A DNA stretch of 64,000 bases from Eledone cirrhosa (GCA_964016885.1 OZ024749.1:13640001-13704000), one strand, 5' to 3'; shown: positions 36,001 to 47,825, counted from the first letter of the stretch. Numbers and translations: made by a program. The notes: generated by a model not told the origin, from the sequence alone.

Positions 36001-37617
36001 TACAGTATATATGGTATCGTACAGTAATAACCTATTGTATATATAGTCTATATAGTATATATGGTATCGTACAGTAATAACCTATGGTATATCTTGTCTA
36101 TACAGTATATATAGTATCGTACAGTAATAACCTATGATATATATAGTCTATACAGTATATATGGTATCGTACAATAATAAACTATGATATATATAGTCTA
36201 TACAGTATATATGGTATCGTACAGTAATAACCTATGGTATATATAGTCTATATAGTATATATGGTATCGTACAGTAATAACATATCGTATATATAGTCTA
36301 TACAGTATATATGGTATCGTACAGTATTAATCTATGGTATATATAGTCTATATAATATATATGGTATCGTACAGTAATAACCTATGGTATATATAGTCTA
36401 TAGAGTATATATGATATCGTACAGTAATAACCTATGGTTTATATAGTCTATACAGTATATATGGTATCGTACAGTAAAAACCTCTGGTATATATAATCTA
36501 TAGAGTATATATGGTATCGTACAGTAACAACCTATAGTATATATAGTCTATACAGTATATATGGTATCGTACAGTAATAACCTATGGTATATTAAGTCTA
36601 TACAGTATATATGTTATCGTACAGTAATGACCTATGGTATATATAGTCTATAGAGTATATATGGTATCGTACAGTAATAACATATGGTATATATAGTCTA
36701 TACAGTATATATGATATCGTACAGTAATAACCCTTGGTATATATAGTCTATAGAGTATATATGGTATCGTACAGTAATAAACTATGCTATATATTGTCTA
36801 TACAGTATATATGATATCGTACCGTAATAACCTATGGTATATATAGTCTATACAGTATATATGATATCGTAAAGTAATATCCTATCGCATATATAGTCTA
36901 TACAGTATATATGATATCGTACAGTCATAACCTATGGTATATATAGTCTATACAGTATATATGGTATCGTACAGTAATAACCTATGGTATATTAAGTCTA
37001 TACAGTATATATGGTATCGTACAGTAACAACCTATTGTATATATAGTCTATACAGTATATATGGTATTGTACAGTAATAACCTATGGTATATATAGTCTA
37101 TACAGTATATATATGGTATCGTACAGTAATAACCTATGGTATATATAGTCTATACAGTATATATGATATCGTACAGTAATAACCTATGGTATCTATAGTC
37201 TATACTATATATATGGTATCGTACAGTAATAACCTATTGTATATATAGTCTATACAGTATATATGGTATCGTACAGTAATAACCTATGGTATATATAGTC
37301 TATACAGTATATATGGTATCGTACAGTAATAACCTATTGTATATATAGTCTATACAGTATATATGGTATCGTACAGTAATAACCTATGTTATATATAGTC
37401 TATACAGTATATATGATATCGTACAGTAATAACCTATTGTATATATAGTCTATACAGTATATATGGTATCGTAGAGTAATAATCTATGGTATATATAGTC
37501 TATACAGTATATATGGTATCGTACAGTAATAACCTATGGTATATATAGTCTATAGAGTATATATGATATCGTACAGAAATAACCTGTTGTATATATAGTT
37601 TATACAGTATATATGGT
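1..37617. repeat. 50-bp satellite DNA array, about 750 monomers, continues beyond the left edge
   Basis: Uninterrupted head-to-tail copies of consensus AATAACCTATGGTATATATAGTCTATACAGTATATATGGTATCGTACAGT with scattered substitutions and small indels. Ends abruptly at ...ATATGGT (37617). Confidence 0.98.
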
Positions 37618-37878
37618 GTCTATCACCAGCTCCAGAATCTATCCAGAATCTCCAGTCTTACAATTTCTATCGAATCCTTTGATTGCTTCCTAAACAGCTG
37701 TTTCTTCTTCAACATCTCTTCATAATTATTTCATATTTCAGCCACAGGAATACAGTAAATATTATACACTTTGGTGTGTGCTAGACATATGGGGGCTAGT
37801 AAAAAATCAAGATAAGTATAATTATATACATATATATATGCATATGTATATGCATATATATATTTATATATATATATA

Positions 37879-37901
37879 TGTGTGTGTGATTGTGTGTGTG
37901 T

Positions 37902-37992
<91 letters not shown>
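37879..37992. repeat. (TG)n microsatellite
   Basis: Direct inspection. Confidence 0.95.
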
Positions 37993-37993
<1 letters not shown>

Positions 37994-38031
37994 ATATATA
38001 TGTGTATATAATTTTACTTAACTTCATTTTG

Positions 38032-38842
<811 letters not shown>

Positions 38843-39084
38843 TCATGCTGCCTATTGGTTTTCACGTGTGCCTTTATTGGCAGCATGACCCACCCAAAAT
38901 ATAACAAAATATGTTTCAACACATGTTTTCAGTTAAGAAATCTCGCAAAACAAATTCAAAAACCATTTATATATATATCAGGATGAATTCAGTTTGAAAT
39001 TGGTTAGACCTTGTTGGAACTAGCTGTTGAAATGGCAAGAGCTCAGCTGTCGGGGTCTCGATTTTTTATAATATATATTTTTAT

Positions 39085-39243
39085 ATTTAATATAGAAATA
39101 ACTTCTACAGGACTAGAACAGTTTCATTCGTATGAAATCATCAACTAAATTTTCTAGTCCTGTAGTAGACATTTCTATATTAAATAAAGATGAAACACTC
39201 TAGTATTGAGTACCTTTATTAACTGTGGTTATTCCCCGGTACT
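39085..39243. mobile_element. Short inverted-repeat element, family A (Penelope pLTR-like), with a decayed hammerhead core
   Basis: TTTAATATAGAAATAACTTCTACAGGACTAGAA (39086-39118) is inverted relative to TTCTAGTCCTGTAGTAGACATTTCTATATTAAA (39152-39184). The minus strand reads TTGATGA-tttcatacgaat-GAAAC...GTA. Homologous in reverse orientation to 46708-46985. Confidence 0.6.
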
Positions 39244-39582
39244 ACTATATATATATGGCAGCTAACCGTCATATCTGATGGTAGTATTGCTATCTGACAC
39301 CTACGTTCTCTAGCAGAACAGCCCTGCCACCAACTCTCGTCGGGCAATACTGAAAATAATCTTTCACGTTGCTCCAGTATCTTCAGCTGGAAATGAATAA
39401 CAGCAATAGTTGAGTGTGGATTAATCCTGTCCAAGATGGAGGAGGGGAGCCTTGTACTCTCAATTGATTAAGCCTAAGGAACTGGGATATACGCCGGCCT
39501 AACGAATTTGTTTAGTCTGCTCCCTCCCACCCATAATTGCCTCGGGAACGTTTTACTTAATTTTGCTGTCTGATGAAATCAA

Positions 39583-39678
39583 GAGAGAGAGAGGGGAGAA
39601 AGGGAGGGAGAGAGACAGAGAGAGAGAGAGAGAGAGGGGGAGAGAAAGAGAGGGAGAGGGGGAGAGGGGGAGAGGGAG
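39583..39678. repeat. (GA)n / G-rich purine tract
   Basis: Direct inspection. Confidence 0.9.
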
Positions 39679-40589
39679 ATTACCACATCACCAGATGACA
39701 GTTCTACTCAGAAATCAATGAAACGTTAACATATATATAAAGATTATATTAAAAACTATTATACAGATTTTAAAGGCAAAACCAGCCGGCAGCAGACCCA
39801 GGCGTGGACAGCGAACAAGATGATTGGATAACATCCATGAGCTTTGCTGGTTTTCGCTTGGGAAGAAGAAGAAGATAATTTTATTTACAGATAAATCTAT
39901 ATAAAGTAATAAGGAAATAAAGAATAGAAGAAAAATAAAAATAAAATGAAAGAAGAAATTAAGCAATGAAACGAAAGAAAAAGATGGAGGGAATGACAGA
40001 CTCTACATCCCAGTGATATCTCTCAGCTGTGTTCCGTAGATAAAATGGCGGAGGTATTGCCAAGGAGAACGGCCAGCGACACCCACTGCAACAGCCACAC
40101 CAACTCACGCGGATCATTCCTTAGGCGGGTTACAGTTTTTTTCGATTTTGCAAAGGAAACTAGCAGTTCGGTGACCTAGTACCTCATGAAGTTTTGATCG
40201 AACCCAGCGTAAAAAAAAGTGGTCTGTCTAAACCCGGTATTTTATGTTTTGTCTTGTAAATTCAATACTAACTTCAGTTAGAAATAAGGAGTGTACACCC
40301 CCAAGAGAAATTTTGAAAGGTGGTACAAAACCTCTTTGGGGACCGAAGCAGGTAAAGATTTTTCTCAAAATAAAAAGAAGTGGGGTGTGATAAGTATAGT
40401 GATGTTTGTGTATGTGAATGTAACAGTATGTTGGACTGGAGATAGTAGAAAGTTTTTATTCTCGGGATGGGAGGGGGGATGTTGCATGGTTGCTTTGGGA
40501 CCTTCTTAGCTCTTGGGTGCCGGAACAAAGTACCAACTGGACCCCGCTCTCATAGGCTCTGTGTACGTCAATCTGAACATACGTTACTT

Positions 40590-40710
40590 AATTTTTAAGG
40601 ATGTACGGTTCGTAATTTCAAGGTTGTGAACTCGATTCCCGGTGGCGTATTGTATTCTTGCTCAGCGTACTTCTTTTTACGTTGCACCAGTTCAACTCAG
40701 CGAGCAAAAA
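40590..40710 (+). mobile_element. Degenerate tRNA-derived SINE (second family)
   Basis: B-box-like GAACTCGATTCCC followed by TTTACGTTGCACCAGTTCAACTCAGC. A similar TTTCACGTTGCTCCAGTATCTTCAGCTG occurs at about 39362-39390. Confidence 0.45.
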
Positions 40711-40875
40711 AGGTTTCCGTTGTTCGAACAACCGAATAGACTGCTCCTGAAATTAAAGTGCAAGTATGACCTCCAAAGATTTATACATCACAACAATGAT
40801 GAAAATCAATTAATCGATGTCAATAATTTAACAGTGAAAATAGTGAATATCAAAATAGAGCTCAGTATCAAGCAA

Positions 40876-40948
40876 GGTTCCGTGGTGTAGTGGTTATCAC
40901 GTCTGCTTTACACGCAGAAGGCCGCGAGTTCGATCCTCGCCGGAACCT
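40876..40948 (+). tRNA. tRNA-Val (anticodon TAC), copy 1
   Basis: Full cloverleaf: acceptor GGTTCCG/CGGAACC, anticodon arm TCTGC-TT-TAC-AC-GCAGA, T arm GCGAG-TTCGATC-CTCGC. A T-run terminator lies about 20 nt downstream. Confidence 0.95.
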
Positions 40949-41122
40949 GTTTATTTCAGTTTGTTTGTTTTTTCGCATGATCCCGTAACCCGTGAGGGAG
41001 TCATAGTGGCACCGTATTGGCATACGACGTTTGCCTTATGGAGCCCATCCAGGTCTAAACACAGCAGATTTCTTCCAGAATGATAGAAATTGTGAGAGAG
41101 GATGTGAGAAAAAGATATAGAG

Positions 41123-41278
41123 GAAGAATCGGCTCCATTAGTAGACTAGTACATTTTTCTCGACCTCGAATGGATGAAAGGCAAAGTTGACCTCAATTTG
41201 ATCTCAGAGAGCAGGCAGCCGTTAAGAATCCTACAAATCATTCTATCTGATGTTCTAACGATTCTGCCAATTCGCCGC
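41123..41278 (-). mobile_element. tRNA-derived SINE (main family)
   Basis: Minus strand starts GCGGCGAATTGGCAGAATCGTTAG (A-box-like), has GAGATCAAAT (B-box-like) and the central motif ACTTTGCCTTTCATCCATTCGAGGTCGA shared with the other copies in the window. Confidence 0.8.
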
Positions 41279-41347
41279 ATGACGACAATCAATAAATCAT
41301 TGTAAACAATTTAACAATTAAATAATACATATTAAACTATCAAGCAA

Positions 41348-41420
41348 GGTTCCGTGGTGTAGTGGTTATCACGTCTGCTTTACACGCAGAAGGCCGCGAG
41401 TTCGATCCTCGCCGGGACCT
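41348..41420 (+). tRNA. tRNA-Val (anticodon TAC), copy 2
   Basis: Identical to copy 1 except one A>G change giving a U4:G69 wobble (CGGGACC). TTTTT terminator at 41423-41427. Shares the 5' leader TATCAAGCAA with copy 1. Confidence 0.93.
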
Positions 41421-41611
41421 TATTTTTGTTAAATATATATTTATTTATTTATTTTGTAAGGTCCAGTAATGATGTAGTCGTAGGGGCGCCGTCGTGACAT
41501 ACGGCGCTTCTTGAGCATTTTTAAAACTTGACTGATCCCATTGTCCCTCCGTATCTGACCGTAGAGAAAGTGCGATGGTAAGAGTGAAGGGAAGTAAGGA
41601 ATACATGTAAA

Positions 41612-41897
41612 AGAAGAATCGACCCCAGTACTGAGCCTCAGGAGGAGCGGAGCCGAGTGTGCGTCAATGTGGCGCAATCTATCCGTTATCCTCGTCAGGT
41701 CTGCATGTACTCTCGTATGGCTTCAGAGAGGATTGGAGAGCTGTGCATGGACAGCGTCCTTCGGCGTTAATAGATCCCCAGTCAGGTCGGGCTTGATGCT
41801 GAGTACAACGTCTTGGAATTCAGCTACGCCGTACTGGAATGGTACTTTTCTTTTACCGACTTCGGAAGGATAAAATTCAAAGCTAGCCTCACCGGAC
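41612..41897 (-). mobile_element. SINE copy split by a 197-bp insertion
   Basis: SINE sequence AAGAAGAATCGACCCCAGTACT resumes as GGAATGGTACTTTTCTTTTACCGACTTCGGAAGGATAAAA after an insert at 41634-41830 bounded by direct GTACTG repeats. Confidence 0.7.
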
Positions 41898-42002
41898 TTT
41901 ATTTTTTTTTTAATCATCAATTATTCATTATTATTAAATAAAGAATTATATAGAAATATATCATCTGTGTGTATATACATAGTATGGATCTATGACTCCT
42001 GA

Positions 42003-42153
42003 TGACGCCGTAGAGGTGCCATATTGATATGCGGCGTTTCTTGGCGGAACCCATCTCCTCTCCAACAGATTTCTGCCAGAGAAGGATAGAGAGTGATAAA
42101 GAGAAACAGAGGAAGAATCGACCTCAGTACTAGACTGGTACTTATCAACTTCG
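42003..42153 (-). mobile_element. Partial SINE plus linker unit, cut off by the 21-bp minisatellite
   Basis: GAAGAATCGACCTCAGTACTAGACTGGTACTTATCAACTTCGA runs directly into the minisatellite. Confidence 0.7.
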
Positions 42154-43854
42154 ATTTGTGTGTTTACATACATAATTTGAGTGTATACATACATACATAA
42201 TGTGTGAGTATACATAATTTGTGAGTATACATACATAATTTGTGAGTATACATACATAATTTGTGAGTATACATACATAATTTGTGTGTATACATACATA
42301 ATTTGAGTGTATACATACATAATTTATGAGCATACATACATAATTTGTGTGTATACATACATAATTTGAGTGTATACATACATAATTTGAGTGTATACAT
42401 ACATAATTTGTGAGTATACATACATAATTTGTGAGTATACATACATAATTTGTGAGTATACATACATAATTTGAGTGTATACATACATAATTTGTGAGTA
42501 TACATACATAATTTGTGTGTATACATACATAATTTGTGAGTATGCATACATAATTTGAGTGTATACATACATAATTTGAGTGTATACGTACATAATTTGA
42601 GTGTATACATACATAATTTGTGAGTATACATACATAATTTGTGAGTATACATACATAATTTGAGTGTATACATACATAATTTGAGTGTATACATACATAA
42701 TTTGTGAGTATACATACATAATTTGTGTGTATACATACATAATTTGAGTGTATACATACATAATTTGTGAGTATGCATACATAATTTGAGTGTATACATA
42801 CCTAATTTGAGTGTATACATACACAATTTGAGTGTATACATACATAATTTGTAAGTATGCATACATAATTTGAGTGTATACATACATAATTTGAGTGTAT
42901 ACATACATAATTTGTGTGTATACATACATAATTTGTGTGTATACATACATAATTTGTGAGTATACAAACATAATTTGTGAGTATACATACATAATTTGTG
43001 TGTATACAAAGATAATTTGTGAGTATACATACATAATTTGTGAGTATACATACATAATTTGTGTGTATACATACATAATTTGTGAGTATACATACATAAT
43101 TTGTGAGTATACATACATAATTTGTGTGTATACATACATAATTTGAGTGTATACATACATAATTTGTGAGTATACATACATAATTTGAGTGTATACATAC
43201 ATAATTTGTGTGTATACAAAGATAATTTGAGTGTATACATACATAATTTGTGAGTATGCATACATAATTTGAGTGTATACATACATAATTTGAGTGTATA
43301 CATACATAATTTGTGAGTATACATACATAATTTGTGAGTATACATACATAATTTGTGAGTATACATACATAATTTGAGTGTATACATACATAATTTGAGT
43401 GTATACATACATAATTTGTGAGTATACATACATAATTTGTGTGTATACATACATAATTTGAGTGTATACATACATAATTTGTGTGTATACATACATAATT
43501 TGTGTGTATACATACATAATTTTAGTGTATACATACATAATTTGTGTGTATACATACGTAATTTGAGTGTATACATACATAATTTGTGAGTATACATACT
43601 TAATTTGAGTGTATACATAATTTGAGTGTATACATACATAATTTGAGTGTATACATACATAATTTGTGAGTATACATACATAATTTGTGTGTATACATAC
43701 ATAATTTGAGTGTATACATACATAATTTGTGTGTATACATACATAATTTGTGTGTATACATACATAATTTGAGTGTATACATACATAATTTGTGTGTATA
43801 CATACGTAATTTGAGTGTATACATACATAATTTGAGTGTATACATACATAATTT
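42154..43854. repeat. 21-bp minisatellite, about 81 copies
   Basis: Unit ATTTG(A/T)G(T/A)GTATACATACATA with three interspersed variants (GAGT, GTGA, GTGT). Confidence 0.97.
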
Positions 43855-44109
43855 AAGAATGCAACATTTAAAATTCTATATTGATTTTGAATACTTATTG
43901 GTTATTTCTAATTAAGCCATGAAATCTATTTCCATGACATCAGTTAATACTAAAAGATGTACAAAGTACAATATTTCAGGCGACATTGATATATTGATAT
44001 GATTATTGTTACATAGATCCGGGTCAAAACTGATCCAGTAAATCTAGGATTAAAAGTGTTCCAATCTTTTGTTACTTGGACTGCTCTATTCAATATGCCC
44101 TTTCTTTTA

Positions 44110-44742
44110 TCTATATATAAATTTGAGCGACTTCCGTCCGTCCAACCGTCCTTCCGTCACACACTAGAGATGACTGAGGAAAGAAAAGGTGATGACGTCA
44201 CACACTAGAGATGACTGAGGAAAGAATGGGTGATGACGTCACACGCTAAAGATGATTGAGGAAGTAAGGGTGATGACGTCACTCGCCAAAGATGATTGAG
44301 GAAGGGTGGTGTCGTCACACGCTAAAGATGATTGAGGAAGGAAGGGGTGATGACGTCACGCACTAGATATGACTGAGGAAGGAAGGGGTGATGACGTCAC
44401 ACGCTAAAGATGATTGAGGAAGGAAGGGTGATGACGTCACACGCCAAAGATGATTGAGGGAGGAAGGGTGATGACGTCACACGCTAAAGATGATTGAGGA
44501 AGGAAGGGGTGATGACGTCACGCACTTGAGATGACAGAGGAATGAAGGGGTGATAACGTCACACGCTAGAGATGACTGAGGAAGGAAGGGGTGATTGCAA
44601 ACTACAGAAAACAGTGTCTAACATTCACTACACTTGTGTGTACAATCTATATATAAATTTCAGCGACCAATTTTTGTGTGTCTGTGTTTGTGTGTTTATA
44701 ATAACATACTCATAGACCCGTCAGCGTGTTAAAAAAATCTAG
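44110..44742 (+). mobile_element. Non-autonomous Helitron-like element with internal tandem repeats
   Basis: Starts A|TCTATATATAAATTT and ends CTAG|T (44739-44743), matching the Helitron TC...CTAG termini in an AT target. A second TCTATATATAAATTTCAGCGAC start lies at 44646. The 3' hairpin is degenerate. Confidence 0.65.
44155..44595. repeat. About 40-bp tandem repeat, about 11 copies, containing TGACGTCA
   Basis: Unit approximately CGTCACACGCTAAAGATGATTGAGGAAGGAAGGGTGATGA. Perfect TGACGTCA at 44193, 44234, 44274, 44351, 44392, 44432, 44472, 44513. Confidence 0.95.
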
Positions 44743-44756
44743 TTATAAAAGAAAAA

Positions 44757-44851
44757 GGTAATGACCGAAAGAATATGATCAGGAATACAAGCTGCTGAAA
44801 TGGGGTTCTTCTGAAGAATCTTTGGATAGGGTGTATAGTTCAGAGATCAAG
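44757..44851 (+). pseudogene. Decayed RTE-clade LINE C-terminal fragment
   Basis: Translates VMTERI*SGIQAAEMGFF*RI then, in a shifted frame, DRVYSSEI. This resembles the RTE motif 'RIQAAEMGFLRR...RDRVRSS' with stops and a deletion. Confidence 0.65.
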
Positions 44852-44852
44852 G

Positions 44853-45706
44853 GTTAATATTGGACTTCATAAGTTAATATTGGGGCTCCGTGAGTTAATG
44901 TTGAGACTCTGGTGTTTATGTTGGGGCTCTGTGGTAATACTGAGTACCTGGAGGTTAATATTGGGTATCAGGAGTTGATATTGGGGCCCTGTGGTAATAC
45001 TGAGTACCTGGAGGTTAATATTGGGTATCAGGAGTTGATATTGGGGCCCTGTGGTAATACTGAGTACCTGGAGGTTAATATTGGGTTTCTGGTGTTAATA
45101 TTGGGGCCCTGTGGTAATACTGAGTACCTGGAGGTTAATATTGGGTTTCTGGTGTTAATATTGGGGCCCTGTGGTAATACTGAGTACCTCGAGGTTAATA
45201 TTGGGTATCAGGAGTTGATATTGGGGCCCTGTGGTAATACTGAGTACCTGGAGGTTAATATTGGGTTTCTGGTGTTAATATTGGGGCCCTGTGGTAATAC
45301 TGAGTACCTGGAGGTTAATATTGGGTATCTGGTGTTAATATTGGGGCCCTGTGGTAATACTGAGTACCTGGAGGTTAATATTGGGTATCTGGTGTTAATA
45401 TTGGGGCCCTGTGGTAATACTGAGTACCTGGAGGTTAATATTGGGTTTCTGGTGTTAATATCGGGGCCCTGTGGTAATACTGAGTACCTGGAGGTTAATA
45501 TTGGGTATCTGGTGTTAATATTGGGGCCCTGTGGTAATACTGAGTACCTGGAGGTTAATATTGGGTATCTGGTGTTAATATTGGGGCCCTGTGGTAATAC
45601 TGAGTACCTGGAGGTTAATATTGGGTTTCTGGTGTTAATATCGGGGCCCTGTGGTAATACTGAGTACCTCGAGGTTAATATTGGGTATCAGGAGTTGATA
45701 TTGGGC
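44853..45706. repeat. 60-bp minisatellite (about 13 copies) preceded by about 20-bp monomers
   Basis: Unit TGAGTACCTGGAGGTTAATATTGGGTATCAGGAGTTGATATTGGGGCCCTGTGGTAATAC, in register over 13 lines of 60 nt. Confidence 0.97.
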
Positions 45707-46407
45707 ACTTGGGGTTCAACTAGGGTTTCAGATATTTCGGGCCGTCCCTGGCACTTCAATCGTTCACCCCACTAATGCAAAATAAATTGACAGGCCTCCA
45801 CCGTTGCCTTTACGAATCTCTTAGGCTATAATCTTATTAGCCTTATGAGGAAAAGACGGCTCTGTCTTCTACTTCATATTTCAGGTGCGCAAAGCCTGAT
45901 GGGGGGAAGAGGTAGTGACATACATGCCTCTCCTTAAACTATTCCAGTCAGAACTGATAGAAAATATTCATAGAAAGAAATCACTACAGGCGGTGTAGAA
46001 TCGAACATGAAATATTGATTTTTAATTGAGGCACAAGGCTAGTAATTTTAGGGGAAAGAGAAAAGTCGATTATATCAAACCCAATCCACAGTCGGAAAAA
46101 GAACAAAAACCAAAACAAATGTATAAGGGAGATTATTTTTACGTGTTTGTGTTGTTGAGTAATTTCCCTTGAAATTCCTGAAATAAAATTATTTTGATTT
46201 TCAGAATCTCTACCAAACGACGTTAGTTGGCGCGTGCACAAACTCACATACGCACACATATACACATATACACATATACACATATACACATACGTACATA
46301 TGTAAACAGATACATTTACCAGCGACAAATGTAATTATTGATTAAAACAGATGAGAAATATATTTCGAATTCAATAAATTATAGTTCATCCCTCTCAGGG
46401 GAGATAA

Positions 46408-46697
<290 letters not shown>

Positions 46698-46707
46698 CCC
46701 GGGTTCA

Positions 46708-46985
46708 ATCGGGGGTAACCAAAGTACGTAAGGTATTCAATACATTAGTAGAGTGTATTACAACAAATTTAATATAGAAATAGCTAGAAATGTTTCATTC
46801 GAAGGGAATCATCAGGAAAGCATCCCTCACCCAATGACCTCTACCCATCCTCAAAATTACCACCTTCCCCAACCACCAGAAAACATACAAATACCACTAT
46901 ATTACAATGACGATTGGCTTACCTGATGATTTCCTTCGAATGAAACAGTTCTAGTCCTGTAGAAGCCGTTTCTATATTAAATATT
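46708..46985. mobile_element. Short inverted-repeat element, family A (Penelope pLTR-like)
   Basis: Left arm 46768-46821 is the reverse complement of right arm 46917-46982, with a short deletion in the left arm. Flank 46708-46767 matches 39185-39243 in reverse. Confidence 0.7.
46915..46968 (+). ncRNA. Candidate type I hammerhead ribozyme (family A)
   Basis: Stem I GGCTT(A)C/GAAGCC. Core CTGATGA 46923-46929. Short stem II TTC-CTTC-GAA closed by U.U. GAAA 46942-46945. Stem III ACAG/CTGT. GUA triplet with predicted cut after 46961. Confidence 0.6.
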
Positions 46986-47546
46986 AAATTCGTTATATAT
47001 ATATATACATTATATATATATACATTGTTAACACTTTGAATCTACTCGCCAAAAACTGGGGTTGCTTCCCTTGTTGGAATTAACACATGACAACTAAGTG
47101 TTCTCTGGCTGTCTTCTAGCGGCCGCATTTAGCTTGTCCACTCCGATTTATGGCAGAACGGAATCCCTGTTGATGAAGTTAATCCTCTGTTCGATCATGG
47201 AATACCACGAGCGTGCCTGTTACGTAAGTTGGATAACTGATTTCGGATTCATAGAAACACATTAAACGTATATCGTTTGATTTGTCCAGGTGTATCTTTT
47301 TAACCTGTTAGTTTTTTCGTTACTTTGGTATTGTGTGTTAGGTTTTGCCTACCGCAATGTTCAATTTGTCAAGCTATTTAAACGTATGTTATTACTCTAA
47401 GGACCTACCCTTATTGAGTGCTTTGCTAACTCATTCATATTGTAGGTCGACTTTGCTTGCCCACAGCCAAAGCTTCAATTTTACTAAGCTTGCTTCCACT
47501 TGTATATACATATATATATATACATATATATATATAAATATATATA

Positions 47547-47678
<132 letters not shown>

Positions 47679-47794
47679 TCCATATACATACATATACATA
47701 TATATATATATACATATAGTATATATAGTATACATAAGCATTAAGTACTCTGGTGCGTTATCGTCCATCTGGTTCCTTACCACACTTCCTTCGT

Positions 47795-47825
<31 letters not shown>

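Noticed and set aside
1-37617. Satellite as a CRISPR array or coding region (including ORF 24885-25067)
   Set aside because: There are no unique spacers and monomers are contiguous. The ORF is a chance stop-free run of variant monomers.
37618-37735. Short minus-strand open frame at the satellite junction (NNYEEMLKKKQLFRKQSKDSIEIVRLEILDRFWSW)
   Set aside because: Too short, with no recognisable motif or clear splice signals.
39565-39590. CTGATGA at 39570 (and another at 41999) as hammerhead cores
   Set aside because: Neither has a properly placed GAAA, stem III or stem I.
40948-40948. U73 discriminator in both tRNA-Val copies as a sign of pseudogenes
   Set aside because: It is shared by both copies with otherwise intact cloverleaves and may be normal for this isoacceptor in invertebrates. 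It cannot be judged without a tRNA database.
41634-41910. Possible RNase P/MRP, 7SK or SRP RNA ending in a T-run
   Set aside because: Diagnostic motifs were not found. The right part is antisense SINE and the left part is an insert.
42164-43849. Long ORFs of 561 and 418 aa with 7-aa repeats
   Set aside because: They are translations of the 21-bp minisatellite, open in several frames at once.
44912-45775. 287-aa ORF with 20-aa repeats
   Set aside because: It coincides with the 60-bp minisatellite, starts at GTG, and has no recognisable domain.
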